Positions 1 to 13,164 of a DNA stretch of 64,000 nt are shown here, one piece after another; positions within the stretch are counted from its first letter, which is position 1, and each line of letters starts with the position of its first letter. The notes under the pieces were generated by a model. That model did no database searches, was not told the DNA's origin, and saw only the letters and a program-made list of their open reading frames with translations. This stretch comes from the human T2T-CHM13v2.0 reference genome, Homo sapiens. The position numbers were made by a program, and so were the translations under genes. The stretch is taken from the NCBI RefSeq assembly GCF_009914755.1, contig NC_060932.1. One strand, written 5' to 3'.

Positions 1-479
1 CTCTGAAAACTGAGAAATCGATAGAAGTAAATTAAGATTGTTTCTCAAGGAGAAGCTGATTACTAATAGACATTGAGTTCCCACAAAGCCAAGCCTTAGG
101 GAAGGTCATAATTGACTACTGGCAATAATTCTTCCTCTGTAAATTATCCAGGAAAAATTATTCACCTCATAAATTTCCTTCATATCAAGCGACAGCTGGT
201 TCATTAGTAAGTCTTGGCATACATGCTAATGGCTACCCTTTCTTCGACTACCGCTTTTTACTTTAAGCTGTTCTTGCTATGTCATGTTTCAAAGACTTCC
301 CTGAGTGAGTCTGTTTCTAGATCTATAGAATGGAGAAAATGCCTTCTTCACAGGTCCAAGGTGAACTTTAAATGAGATCACAGGTCTTGATACACAGTAA
401 ATATTTATTGTCCCTTACTCATTCTCTCCTAAGGAGTCTTAGCCCTATAAACAAAGCCTGTATTCCTAAACCCCACAAC

Positions 480-633
480 CAGTGGTGTGCCCAACTGTCT
501 GTTCAGTGACCACTTGGTAACTTGAAATCAGCCATAATGGGAGTATTTATATCACGGAAATCAGAAAACTCCGTAAATTGGAATTTTTTTTCCTCAGAAA
601 GCTAGTTGTTAAACATTTACTGTAACAGCACTG
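480..633 (-). mobile_element. MER63A-like hAT DNA transposon relic
   Basis: Terminal inverted ends CAGTGGTGTG...ACAGCACTG. The minus strand reads CAGTGCTGTTACAGTAAATGTTTAACAAC...TGATTTCCGTGATATAAATACTCCCA, resembling the MER63 consensus as I recall it. Confidence 0.7.
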
Positions 634-939
634 CCTATACCCACCACAGAGAATGAAATAATTAGGTGACTAAACTCTATACAGCTATCAATGTATCTTG
701 TACACTGATTTGATACTTCATAATGGAATAATACTTCAGTATATAGCCCAGATAAAGCTAAATCATTCCATTCATTTTGATCATTAAACATTCATTGAGT
801 TGCTTCTAAATGCCAGGCCCAGATATAGATAATAAGATTACTAAAATCAACAAAAGTCATTATCCTCTGGGAGTTTATAATCTAGTGGGGTGGGTACATT
901 ACAAATAGATGGCTAAATAGCTGGATAGATGATTGATAC

Positions 940-964
940 ATGGATGGATGGATGGATGGATGGA
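940..964. repeat. (TGGA)n microsatellite
   Basis: Six tandem TGGA units seen directly. Confidence 0.9.
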
Positions 965-3617
965 CAAGGGAGAAGTACACATAATACCACATGATAAAAC
1001 TGTAATAAAGGCATGAGTAAAGTAGTTGAGGAACATTCGAAGCAGTGCTTCTCTTTGAAGGAGTTAAGGAAGACTTCACAGAGGAGGTGACATCTTAAAC
1101 TGTGCCTTAGAAGATGACTAGACCTATTTAATGGAGAGGGTGTTGAGTATGGCTCATCCTACCTAACTGTACTTCCTTCTGACTCCAGCTATCACAAAGG
1201 CGACCTCATAAGGTTTGGGAGAACTAAATAAAATAATCCACACATATTATTTACAACAGTATGTTTCACAGGGTATACAAATAATAATTGTAGCTAGTTT
1301 AATTACTATACCAAACTGAAGAGGCCATCAGGCCTGAGGACCAACAAGGGAGAAAATTCAGTGCCTCAGTCTCCAGTGAAAATTTTATGTCCTAGACTCC
1401 TTTCCAGACTGAGGCATGATGTTCGTTAGGCTCAGCTTTACTGCAGACTCCTTCCTTTTGAGCTCTGCAGCTATCAGAAATCTTTCAAGCTGGGGTTTCA
1501 TTTGCAGAATATTGTTTACAAGACTAAATCTTAAATAAGTCCTCAAATGTCTTTGGCCTTTGCTCACTGCCCTCTCCTCCCAATTTTAGACCATTATCAC
1601 ATAATACCCTCTTTAGAAGTCATAGCTAAACAAAATTATCTCTGACAAGTACATTTTTTAATTTTTATGCAATTTATTTTTATTTATTTTTTATACAATT
1701 CAGCATTCAGATCAGGCACTGATAAGAGCCTTGGGTAGGACAGAGAAAAACATCATCTGGAAGTAGCTCCTCAGAGAAAAAGTACCTGCAATTGTGTTAC
1801 TATCAAAGAGCAACAACTATTTTCTTTCGATTATGACATGAAATAAAAACAGGATGACGAAAATGCACATGGTTATTTAATGACTGCAGTGCCAGAATTC
1901 CCTCTGCCCTCTTCTTTCCTCTACCTCCCCTAGATTGATACCAAGAGCCCTGCCCAGAACTTCAGCCTAACTTGTATCTTCCAAAGATTATGTTTGCCTT
2001 AGTTTTCTTTCCCCGCTCCTATCTTTTGATTAACTCAGTATTTCCTTGAATGTGGTATTCAGGTATCCATGTACTTCTCGATAGCATGAGACTTGTTTTT
2101 CTTCAAAATTGGGCTTCTATATTATCCAGTATTTTGCAATAATTAATTTTTTAATTATTGTTTTGTACAATAAATGGTTATCTGGTGAGATTTATTGAAG
2201 ACAAGTGATATTTAAGGAAGTTCATAATCCTGCCCCCATCTTTTGTCTGAAGATCAAACAACCAGAGTTCTTGAGGTGCTTTAGCAAAATCAGAGTTGGA
2301 AATGGCCAAACCTAAGAACTTCAAATGAGTACTGGAGAAAATGAAACTGATTTTAGAAATTGTAATTTATTTTTTTAAGTATATCATTCTAATATATCAT
2401 TCTGACACTTCAATAATAGCCTTCTTTTCAATAGAGCTCTGCAGATACACTGTTACTTTCCACTAATGTTAGATATATAGGAAGAACATTAACTTTTCCA
2501 GGCCACTTAGGAACTCTTTAGAGTCTGGAACATCCTGAAGAATAATCATTTCCTGTAAATTTTTCTAGTTCATGATCTTCTTAATAGTATGTACAAAACA
2601 TTAAAATGTTGTCCGGAAAAACTTCTTTACTCTCTTCCAAGATTTTAATGATCTTTAATCGGAGCACAGTTTTCAGCTAAGATCGTATTATCCTTCTTTG
2701 TTTTTGTTCCATTAAAGAGAATGGTTAACAGGCCATTCATTGTTCATCCATCAGCTATATTCTAATACATGCTAATTATTTAAAACATTATGTATTGTAT
2801 AGTGCCAAGACAACACCAACCATTTCCTAAATAAATAAATTTACTTACTCACATTCGTAGCTCATTACCTTGGTATAATAACAATTTAGCTTCTCTCTCA
2901 TTGTTGAAGTATATAACTTTTGTTTATCATATTTTAGGAAAAGTAAAACTACATTTATCCATTTTAAATGTTGACTGTAGTATTAAGTTGTTTAGTACTT
3001 AGATTTCTGGGGGTGGGGGTTGAGTTGTATATGTGAATATGTTATATTCTAAATATGTTCAAAATGTATTCTTCTGAAATTTTATTTATAAAAAATATTT
3101 TTCGTATTCTTTCTCACTGTCCAGATTTCTCATTTTTAAAAGCATATGTCTATTTGTAATAGAAACCTGAGCTAATCCCAGTGGTAAACATGCTCAGTGG
3201 CTTAGAAGTCAACAGAGAAATACATTTGGTGCAAGCCTTGAGTAGATAGCAGAATCATCATTAAACTGGAGCCTTTAGCTAATTTCTCTTCTTTCTTTAT
3301 ATAAACTGTTCCATTCAGTGTCCTATTTAATGACCTTCTGCTTTAGGCATTGGAAATAAGCCTCTGCTATTTGCTAAGCATATTATTATGTATTTTGAAT
3401 ATATTATTTTGAATATATTTTTCTCAAAAATTCTTAAAATGGAGTGTATTCTTATCTCCCTAGTAAGAAGGCTAAACCTCAGAGTTTAAGTTAAATCTTT
3501 GACTTTTAGGTGCTAAGAGACACACAAAGATGAGGAAGATACTGTGCTGGCCTTCAGGAGTTTGTAGTCTAATGGGGGTTTGAAAATTAAACATGAACAC
3601 ATTTATATACACATGCA

Positions 3618-3652
3618 CATATATATATTATATATATATACACACACACACA
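3618..3652. repeat. (TA)n(CA)n compound microsatellite
   Basis: Seen directly. Confidence 0.9.
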
Positions 3653-4554
3653 GAGCCCAATGACAAGAGGTCATGTGTGATGAATTACACACTATCTCTT
3701 GTCATAGGGCTGTGTGTGAATAAAAGGCATAAAACCTTTACACTATTATAACGCTGTGAAAAAAGGCATAAAACTACAGTATAGGGAATCTTTCCTTAAA
3801 TTTTGCATATCTAAAATTTTAGCTCAGCAAATTGGATGATCTGAGAAGTCTTGGATAAAGATATGCACAGTGCACACCATGCTAACCTGTCTTTTAAAAA
3901 CTAAACAAATTAAAGCCTTTATGCACCTATGAATCATAGCAACAAGACTAGACATCATGACAGACCTAAAAAGACAAAGGCTAGAGTAGACAAAATCAGA
4001 ATCCTAACTACTGAAATTGAAAAGCCAAGTAAGCAGTTAGGTTTCAGATATGAAAGAAAAGCAAATTGGACAAAAACCAATCAGGAAAGCTGGGATACAC
4101 GAGTACCAGGTGGCTTTGGATGTCAGGATAAGGTTCTAAGACAAATATTAAAAATGAGGCATGTTCTATGTCAGCCAAGAAGTGTCATATATTTCCTGCT
4201 GAGATAAAGATATTATTCATCCTGCAGTCGGGAATCAGTATTTCCCTATTAGGTGATGGAATATGGATGAACCTGGCCAAATGGGGAAGGTGAAGCCTGA
4301 GGACATACTAGGAGTCAGTGGTAAAGTTGGGTTTAATATTTTAATTTTGTTTTATAAACATATTTTCTGAAGCAGATCTCTTGGATATATGTAAAAATAA
4401 TTATGTTTTTGTAGCTTAGAATAGTCTTAATGTATTTATTAAGTATTTCTAGCTAATATTATTTAGCTAAAGATATTCCTGAAATTTACATAAGCCAGTC
4501 TTTGGCTACTGTTTAATCATCATCATCATCATCATTATCTTTGTCATCATTTGT

Positions 4555-4770
4555 TATCACTTGTTATGTGTCAGATATTGTGCTAAGTGCTTTACACGCG
4601 TTATCTTGCTTAATCCTTGCAGCAAGCCTTGGAGATAGGCACAATTATTATCCATATTTTAACAGATGAAATACTGAGACTCATAGAAGCAATTGATCCA
4701 AGATCACAAACCTAATAATCTATGTAGCCAGAATTCAAATGATTCAGTCCCATTCCAGAGCATTGGCTCT
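4555..4770 (-). mobile_element. MIR SINE
   Basis: MIR core on the minus strand: gtgctaagtgcttta...attatccatattttaacagatgaaatactgagactc...gccagaattcaaat. Boundaries approximate. Confidence 0.7.
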
Positions 4771-7031
4771 TAATGATTACATTATTGCCCTTACTACTGC
4801 TAGAGTTAAAACTTACAGTTTTCCATTTGAATTTAGATGATATAATAATCCCATGAGCAAAAACAAATAAGAAATATATTACCAAAACTGCCTTCATATT
4901 CAATAATAAATTACTTTAAAAGAAAGAATAGCAGCTACTTTTCTTTTTTATTATAAATTATAAGAATCAGAGAAAAGTCTCCCATACGGAGTATAGTATC
5001 TATTGAACAATTTTATAGCTTTGAAAAATTTCTTAAAACTTTGATTTTTGTATGAATAAATGCCCAAAAAACATATAAGTAAAATGAAAGCCTTCCATAT
5101 ATACCTTACCTTGAGATCACATTTACTTTCAATAAATTTTGTGAAAATATGTATAGATATATCATTTATTGTATTATATAGTATACAATATATTATTGTA
5201 TAGTGTACATATTATATATATTATATAGACAGATATAACATGGTTAATGTTGACACCATTCATTTAAATGCTATTCTAGGCAATGGCTTTCAACATTGTC
5301 ATTTAAGGCAAAATGTTTGGTATTTTAAAATGACTTTATTTGAAAAATAATATTATGATCTAAATTGTCTTTGAATAAATCCACTGTACATTAATAATGT
5401 TTCTTTTAAAATTAAACCCTATGGTTCTATTTAAATAGATATTTCCTGGGAAAAGGCAGCAATTTTTAGAAGAATTTAATTGTATGCTTTTCAATAATTG
5501 AGAGTTTATCTAACAAGATAGAAAGTTAAAGTGGACTAAGAAAGGCCAATTCTCACGTAATTTGAATATATGTTGCTAGGTTAATGGATTTGACTAAAAT
5601 TTTGTGGAGCCTTAGAAATAATTTCTTTACGTTTGAAGAAGAGTCAATTATTAAAAATGGATATCTAGATACTGAGAGGTTTTGGGAGAAAACAATCAAC
5701 AGATCACTTATATCGGATCTACTGTTTATGCTCTGTTGCCACTCAATTTATCTTGGCCAAAATGTTTATATCTATCTAATACTTGCAATGAATTGTCATT
5801 CGTGGGGGATTGTTTATTAAGTAATTATTCTTTAAGACATAGCAAGTGGTTGATAAAAAATAATCATCTTTCTAAGGCTTTATGAAATTTGCTAGTATCT
5901 GTGATTAGAAAATTCTCCTTTGCAAAATTAACTAGATAATAATGTTTCAGCATTAAGTTTGAAGTGCATCTAAACAAATAAAAATCAATTAGCAGATAAT
6001 CTCTTAACCCAATAGTAGTCATATTTGATGTTTATAGTAAGAATACTGTTACATCACCAAGTTGTAATAATGCAGTAATAATACAGGCTACATTTACTTA
6101 CATTATGCCAGATACCACATACGTCTTAGTTCTAGGCCTTGCAAAAAAAGATATTATTATCCATTTTTTTTTAAGAAGCCTTTTACAGGTTAAATGATCT
6201 GCTCAAATTTACTCAACTAGTGAGAGTTTTTCTTACCTCAGGTTTGCAGACTCCAAAGTCTATCCTTTTTACATCTCAACAAGAGGACTCTTAGCAAATG
6301 ATTTTTTGTTGTCAAAATAAAGTTAAATTTTGTCCATTAGTTTTTGCATTAAATGTATTTTATGAGACTAGGTCATTAACCTAAAGCATTTACGATGGTT
6401 TTTAATTTACCAGAATATTTGAACACCCAAGAATACCCTGCAACCCTGGCTGTGCCAGTTAACTATCTGACTATTTCAATTCCAGGAAGTTTGAACTATT
6501 GTAAATAATAATGACTTTTTCTAGTATTTCTAGGATTCATCAAAATCCAGCAACCACTCTGAAATTAAACTTTCTCTTTTCTCTCGGCTTTTCTAAAAAG
6601 AGTTAATGGTTTAATAATTAGATTTTATATTATCTCTAGGTTTTCAGTGAAGCATAATGGATTAATTGATGGCTACTAGAATTTATTAAAAAATAAAAAA
6701 AATTCTACTTCCTCATATTAAGCCAAATGTTTATTTCCCAGATCTTACCTAAATGTTCTTTCCTGAGGCCAGTGCTGTTTTGAAACTATTTTAATGGCCT
6801 TCACTGGGGTGTGGTAAAAACATTCTAATTACTTTGCTAAAAACAAAGGTTTCATATAAATTGAATTTTTCTTTTAGGATAATTGCCATTCACTTTTGTT
6901 TTATATGCAACTGAGTGGGATTTTGCAGTTTCCTCTGTGGACAATTAAAGTGATGAAATAGGAGAAAGCTAATAATTGCTTTGTGTGGTAATACTGACAA
7001 CTTCTGCGTATTTGTCAATCTGTGTTAACAG

Positions 7032-7204
7032 TATCGATCAGGATGGGATCCTCATAGAGGGGCAGATAATGTTTCTACTAAATCTTCGGACAGTGATGTA
7101 AGTGATATATCTGCGGTTTCAAGGACTAGTAGTGCTTCTCGTTTCAGCAGCACAAGCTACATGTCTGTCCAATCAGAACGCCCAGGAGGAAACAAGAAAA
7201 TCAG
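7032..7204 (+). CDS. RIMS2: RIMS2 internal coding exon (173 nt, phase 0 to phase 2), Ser-rich linker upstream of the C2B domain
   Basis: Acceptor ttaacag|TAT and donor CAG|gtaagg. Translates YRSGWDPHRGADNVSTKSSDSDVSDISAVSRTSSASRFSSTSYMSVQSERPGGNKKI(S), recognised as RIM2. Joins in frame to 62168. Confidence 0.96.
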
Positions 7205-8038
7205 GTAAGGGGATTTCAACAACAAACTTCTCTAAATATGTTTTAGAAGGTCTTTATGTTTCCCGGATGAACATAAAATTATTTATTTCTAACAGGTTAA
7301 TATATATTTTAAAGCCAGGGGAGCTTAACTTCAGTACATACTACTTTTTAATATATTTTAATCCACATTTCAGACTTCCTGCACAGAAGAAAATGTTATG
7401 AAACTATGGATAATTTTGCTTACTACATCACTGGAAATAATATCTTTTTTCATGTTTGTAATTTAAAAATTAAGACCTCTTATATCTTTATTGAAATAAA
7501 AGTGATGGCTGAGACTTGAATTTTTCATGTTCCAAGGAATATGAAAAATAATATATTTTGTTATTAGAAAACATAAGAATGTTACTTTTTCAGTAGGATG
7601 CTTTCCTATCCTCTTGAAATTTTTATATATGCATAGAAAAAGTCCTCATCTTCTCAAGAAAATTTATACATATAGTATATAAGTTAGTATAATTTGCATT
7701 TCTTACTTGTCCTATAGATTTTATAGATGCCTAAGCTAAATTTTGTTTTACTCTTATTGGATTAAAAATTTTATAACAGGGAGATCACAACTTTTACCTT
7801 TTTTCATGTAATTTTGTAAAAGGAAAATATGATTTAAAAACTATTACAATTAAGTGCTATTTATACAGTGCTTCTCTAGTATACACTGAAGTAAGTTTTC
7901 AACATTTAAAAGATATAATTTTTACTTATGTTTTGATAGTTTTTATTACCTTTCTGTTTAATTTCATAAGTGTTTTTTCTTGACTTTCTTTTTTTGTGTG
8001 TTTATTTGCATGCCTTCAATTTCTGTTGCTTTCAAAAG

Positions 8039-8290
8039 ACCAAAGGGAATAGAAGAGGGAGGGAAAGAAGGGGATAAGCATGAAGAGATAGTTCATGAGA
8101 AGGAAGAGGTAAAGGAAGAAAGAATTAATGAGAATGAGAAAGGGAAAGAGATTGCCAAAACGTGTAATAAGGAGAAAAACAGAGAATCAGGAGACGAGGA
8201 AAAAACACAAGATATACACGAGCAAGGGAAAGAAAAAGAACAGTGGAATAAAGAGGATTTGCAAAGGAGATTCTCACAAGATGATACCAG
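8039..8290 (+). CDS. RIMS2: Probable RIMS2 alternative cassette exon (252 nt, symmetric phase 2), 84 aa Glu/Lys-rich insert
   Basis: Long pyrimidine/TG tract, then ttcaaaag|A; donor CAG|gtaaaa. Length is divisible by 3 with no stop in the RIMS2 frame: (R)PKGIEEGGKEGDKHEE...RRFSQDDT(S). Purine/GAA-rich body contrasts sharply with the T-rich flanks. Confidence 0.8.
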
Positions 8291-10148
8291 GTAAAATATG
8301 TTATTTGTAGGCATTTCCCATTAGTAATGTAGTCTTTTTTACCATTCCTAAAAATTATTTTGCCATTTCCATTTGCTTTATTTTCTTGTGTTTTATCTAT
8401 TTAGCTTCTAATATTACTAATTAATATGTTGGCAAACTATTATCAAATAGATTGATTTATTAAACAGTCTTGAATTTGTATCCACTAGCTCTGAGAGTCT
8501 GATTTATTTGGTTACCAAGTTCGTTATGAGTAGCTGAATCCAATGTAAATTTCCCTGTGTCTCTTTTAACATGAATTACTGTATATCTTCTTTATCTGTA
8601 AGGTCTAATAAAGATCATTGAAAAGAGAAACTTGAAAATTCTTTACCAATATTGAAAACTGCTTCAGACAAAAATAAGGCAGAGTTCTTTAAAATTAACT
8701 TCTGAAGTGGCTGAAAAAAATTGAGCTTACTTTACAAGAAATATTATTTCCTGGAAACAAACTTCAAAAATGAATGAGAAAACAGGTAGCAAATAGTAGA
8801 CTTTATTCTGGCTCTGGTTCCCTTGCTTCTTCTTAGTTTTCTGGTAGGTTCTAGTGCAGTTTGAGTCCTGCAGAAGATTACAAAGCAGGAGCAATGTTTT
8901 TTAATACTCTGAAAAGAAAGAATAGATGCCTTAGGGTTTATTAGAAGGCAAGTGTTGGTTATGCCTTTCTTAAACTCAATCCATTAGATAAACTTCTGGA
9001 GAGGGAACTTTGAACAGGGAGAAGGGCAGGGAAAAAATACAGGCAGCATGGCATAAAAACAACTATATTTTAATTTTCATAGCACAAGTCAGTAAGTAAG
9101 TATGAAGCTATCTTTACAGTATTATATATATTACATACAGTCAAATTAGCACGAATGTGCAGTCAGACTTTATCCTTCTGCTTGAGGATATGACGTTATT
9201 CTAATTACATTTATATGAGACTGAAAATTGTAAATTATGTACATTTTGGAGGGATGGAGTTTTCTAGTAGTCCAGAATTTGATTTTGTGTTAGTACAAAG
9301 CCTGCTCAATAAAAGCACGCCTTATTTATAAGCAAGATTTTGCCTTATTATATCTAAGCCCAATCTAAAATTGTGCTTTTCTCACTTTTCTCACAGTGAG
9401 ACAGATATTCGGGATAGAACTCTACCCATTGAGTATACAATTCAGTGATTTAGCCGATGTCCCTTCCCTTGTTATCTTAGATATATTTAACTGTATTTGT
9501 GCTCTATGAAAGTTTCTGTATAACAGGCATTAAACATAAAAATGAATCTTAAGGCATATTTTATTATTTGAATCTAAATTAGTAATTTCAAATCTGTCTT
9601 TGGTATTTAACTTTTGATAATTACATTGGTTTACTAATAAAGATGACCATTTTTCTGATTTGTTGGGCATAGGATAATTTCATCACTAATTCACAGAGAA
9701 AAGCTTTCCAAGGTGTCCTTGGAAAGATACATAGAGTTTCCTTTCTTCCAGGAGCAAAGAAAAGAATGAGTCTCTAATGTGTTTTCTACATACTGTATAC
9801 ATGAGAACACATGAGCCCATTGGTGTTTGCCTGGAGCCCAGATCCCACGCTGCCATACCTGGCTTGCTAGGCAGAGATTCAGAGAAGACTATAACCTTAA
9901 GTTTCTGGTTTTTAAATAGTACTTGCTTCATTATTTTTTCAAAAAAAGAGCACATTATTTTTCAAGGAAAAGGGAAAGATGGTACATTCTAGAAATGTGG
10001 TTGATCAAAGCACTACACTTAGCTTAAGTAACTGTGTAATACTTCTGGAACTGTAAACTAGAGGAGGCCAGGTTGATCTCTGTAGGGAACATATATCCTG
10101 GAACATGCCAAGAAGTATCAACGGCAATTGCTTATAAGAAAATGTTGG

Positions 10149-10485
<337 letters not shown>

Positions 10486-10683
10486 TCATTTCAACATAGG
10501 CTTTTGAATTTGCTTTTACTTCTTAGAATAAATCTCAGTCTTTATTGTGAGAGAAAATATATCTGAGTATTCCAAGCATCATTTTGTTTTGGTAGTTGAT
10601 AAACACAATCACAGATTGTTTAAACATTAATAACAACTTATGTTCTTATACAACATTATTGGAAATAATCTTATTCTATACTA

Positions 10684-11322
10684 CAGGCTGAATATTCCGT
10701 ATCTGAAATGTTTGAGACCAGAAGTGTTTCAGAGTTCGGATTTTTTTCAGATTTTGGAATTTTTACATATATATAATGAGATATATTGAGGATAGGATCC
10801 ACGTGTAAACACTAAATTCATTTATGTTTTATAGACACCTTATACACATAGCCTGAAGGTAATTTTATCCCATATTTTTAATAATTTTGTGAATGAAACA
10901 AAGTTTGTCTGCATTGAATGATCAGAAGCAAGCAAAGACATCTGTCTCAGTCACTCATGTGCACAGTCTGTGGTTGTTTGGCATCATATCATTTCTGACT
11001 CTGAATTTCTATGCTCCCAACCAGTAGTCACTTTCTTGCACTTATTAACACATAAGTACTTAACAGTAAAAAATATGACAAACTATTAATACAGTGAAAA
11101 GGTAATGTGTTCAGGGAACTAAGCAGCATAGTAGCATCACCAGAACACCTATATCAGCAGTTAAGCAATAGCAAAAAAAAAAAAAACAATGACAAGCTTT
11201 CAGTTTCTCCCTACAATGTTGTGTTTTGATTTAAAGGTTACTGTGCATTGTGGCACTCAGAAAGTTTTGGATTTTGGAGCAGTTAGGATTTTGGATTTTC
11301 AAATTAGGGAATGCTCAACCTA
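10684..11322 (-). mobile_element. Tigger4/MER46 (Zombi)-family DNA transposon deletion derivative
   Basis: TA-flanked inverted ends CAGGCTGAATATTCC / GGAATGCTCAACCTA, with subterminal TTTGGATTTT repeats typical of Tigger4. Confidence 0.8.
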
Positions 11323-11374
11323 TATATGATTGACATTTTATATCTTTTATTTGAAATCTAAGTTTTATGAAGCA

Positions 11375-11480
11375 TGGTCCAAAAGTAATTGCGGCTTTTG
11401 CCATTACTTTTAATGGCCATTACTTTTAATGCCATTAATTTTAATGGCAGAAGCCACAACTACTTTTACACCAACCTAAT
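11375..11480. mobile_element. MADE1 (Hsmar1-derived MITE) with triplicated centre
   Basis: TGGTCCAAAAGTAATTGCGGCTTTTGCCATT...AATGGCAGAAGCCACAACTACTTTTACACCAACCTAA matches the MADE1 palindrome. Confidence 0.9.
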
Positions 11481-13164
11481 ATGAAGGAAAAAAAAATTTA
11501 CCTCAGAGTTTAACATTTATAGCAATGCTAGTACTTACAATTAACACAGTAACTAAAATAAACAGAAGCCATTATAATTGCTATTTTCGTTAATTAGATC
11601 TAATTGTATGATACAGATCTTACTGCATGATTATGTTCATTTTATAGTAAGTCACATTTAGTAAGTCTACTGAATGTAAAAGTAGAAATGAATAGCAAAA
11701 AGTAAGTTCAAAAATAGTTTGTTAAATGTTTGAATATAATATTTTTCCTAAGTTAATTAATGAGTAATATATTTATACTTAGCTATATTTACACACACAT
11801 CAAAAATAAAAATTTAAAAAGTTTAATGAAATTAAACATGTTAAAATTTCTAAGCCTGAGAGTGATGCAGTTTCTTAGCCATGTGTGGATGGATGTTTGA
11901 GGATAGTTCCATATTAAAATGTCATCGGGATGGCCTCAACAAATTCATAAGAATATTTGATGAAATATTCAGAGAGAGGCAATCTTAAGTAATTTGTAAT
12001 GGAAGATAGAAAAAACAAATACTGAAAAGCATAGTATTGTCAAAAGCAACAATGTTGGTAATTTTGTGTTCAAACTAAAAATCAAGAAATTATTTCTCTA
12101 TACACTTATGGTTCTCAGGCATATCTATAAATGCTATGGAATTATCATTGCTCTTTTTTAAGAGAATTGCTCTTTTTGAGATAGAGACTTTTTTAAGGAA
12201 AAATTTGGGGCATCAGTTCAAATTTTCATGAATAACTGATTTTAAGAGACTTAGCCATTTCAATTATCTAGCAAAAGATCTCATAATCTTTAGAAGGACA
12301 AGCAGAATAATTGTTAATGAAACATTTATTCAAAGTCACTGCTGCTAACATATTCTAGATCAGAGTTAGTGTGAAAACAGATTACATAGCTATGTGATAT
12401 AACTTGATATATACAGTCTATTTATGCCTATATTATGGAATTTTAAAGGGGAAGCAGAGGTCTTTTGAAAATAGTTGTGATTAGGACTCTAAAATACCAG
12501 CATTGTCATCCTGACTGTTGTGTACACCTATCTATTTTGTCTATCTAGGCTTTTTAGCTTGTTAAACAGAGGAATGGATTTTTCAATGATTCACGCACCT
12601 TTCCATAGCTTAGATGATAGTATGCAACAAACAGGAAAGTGAGCATTGCCTGTTATTCTGATGATTTGCCTTTATTATCATAAATTTGAGGTAATTGGTT
12701 CTGTGACTGACCACTGGTACAACAAACAGCTGAACATAAGTTTCTACTATTTGGCAGATGTTTCCAGACAGTATTTAATATTCCATTCCAATATTCCATC
12801 AAGCTTAGTTTTTTGTTTTGTTTTGTTTTTAATTTTCTGGAAGTGTGTTTCAGTGCCAACTCATCACAGAGGGTATGATGGGCTGTGCTCCTCCACCAAG
12901 TATTACCTGTGGCTTGTATTTTCTTTTTTGTTGTTGTTTTCTTCTTTATCACCAAGGCTATCTTCTATTTATTACCAATGAAAACCTTATAAGCCCAAAT
13001 AACTTCTACTCTGTTTTATGATTGTGCATAACACTCAACTGGGAACTTTTTGAAAGTACTTGAACATCACTCCTAAAGTTGTGATTCTGCATTTTTAAAA
13101 CACCACAGGTGATTATGATGCCAGTGGTGTGTAGGTGCTATTCCTCCTCTCTTTTGGGTTGCTT

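Noticed and set aside
1704-1734. Possible micro-exon between ttcag acceptors and a gtagga donor
   Set aside because: The 24-nt version has TGA in the phase-0 frame needed before the 7032 exon, and the 31-nt version shifts frame. There is no other support.
3929-4207. 92-aa Lys/Arg-rich ORF
   Set aside because: No recognisable homology or convincing splice signals; consistent with a chance ORF in purine-rich sequence.
5182-5202. TATACAATA-TAT-TATTGTATA palindrome
   Set aside because: It lies in TA-rich low-complexity sequence where such palindromes are expected.
7102-7401. 99-aa ORF with a signal-peptide-like start
   Set aside because: It is an off-frame reading of the RIMS2 exon running into the intron.
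8093-8314. Antisense Ser/Phe-rich ORF and the +1 frame ORF 8128-8310
   Set aside because: Both are shadows of the purine-rich cassette exon.
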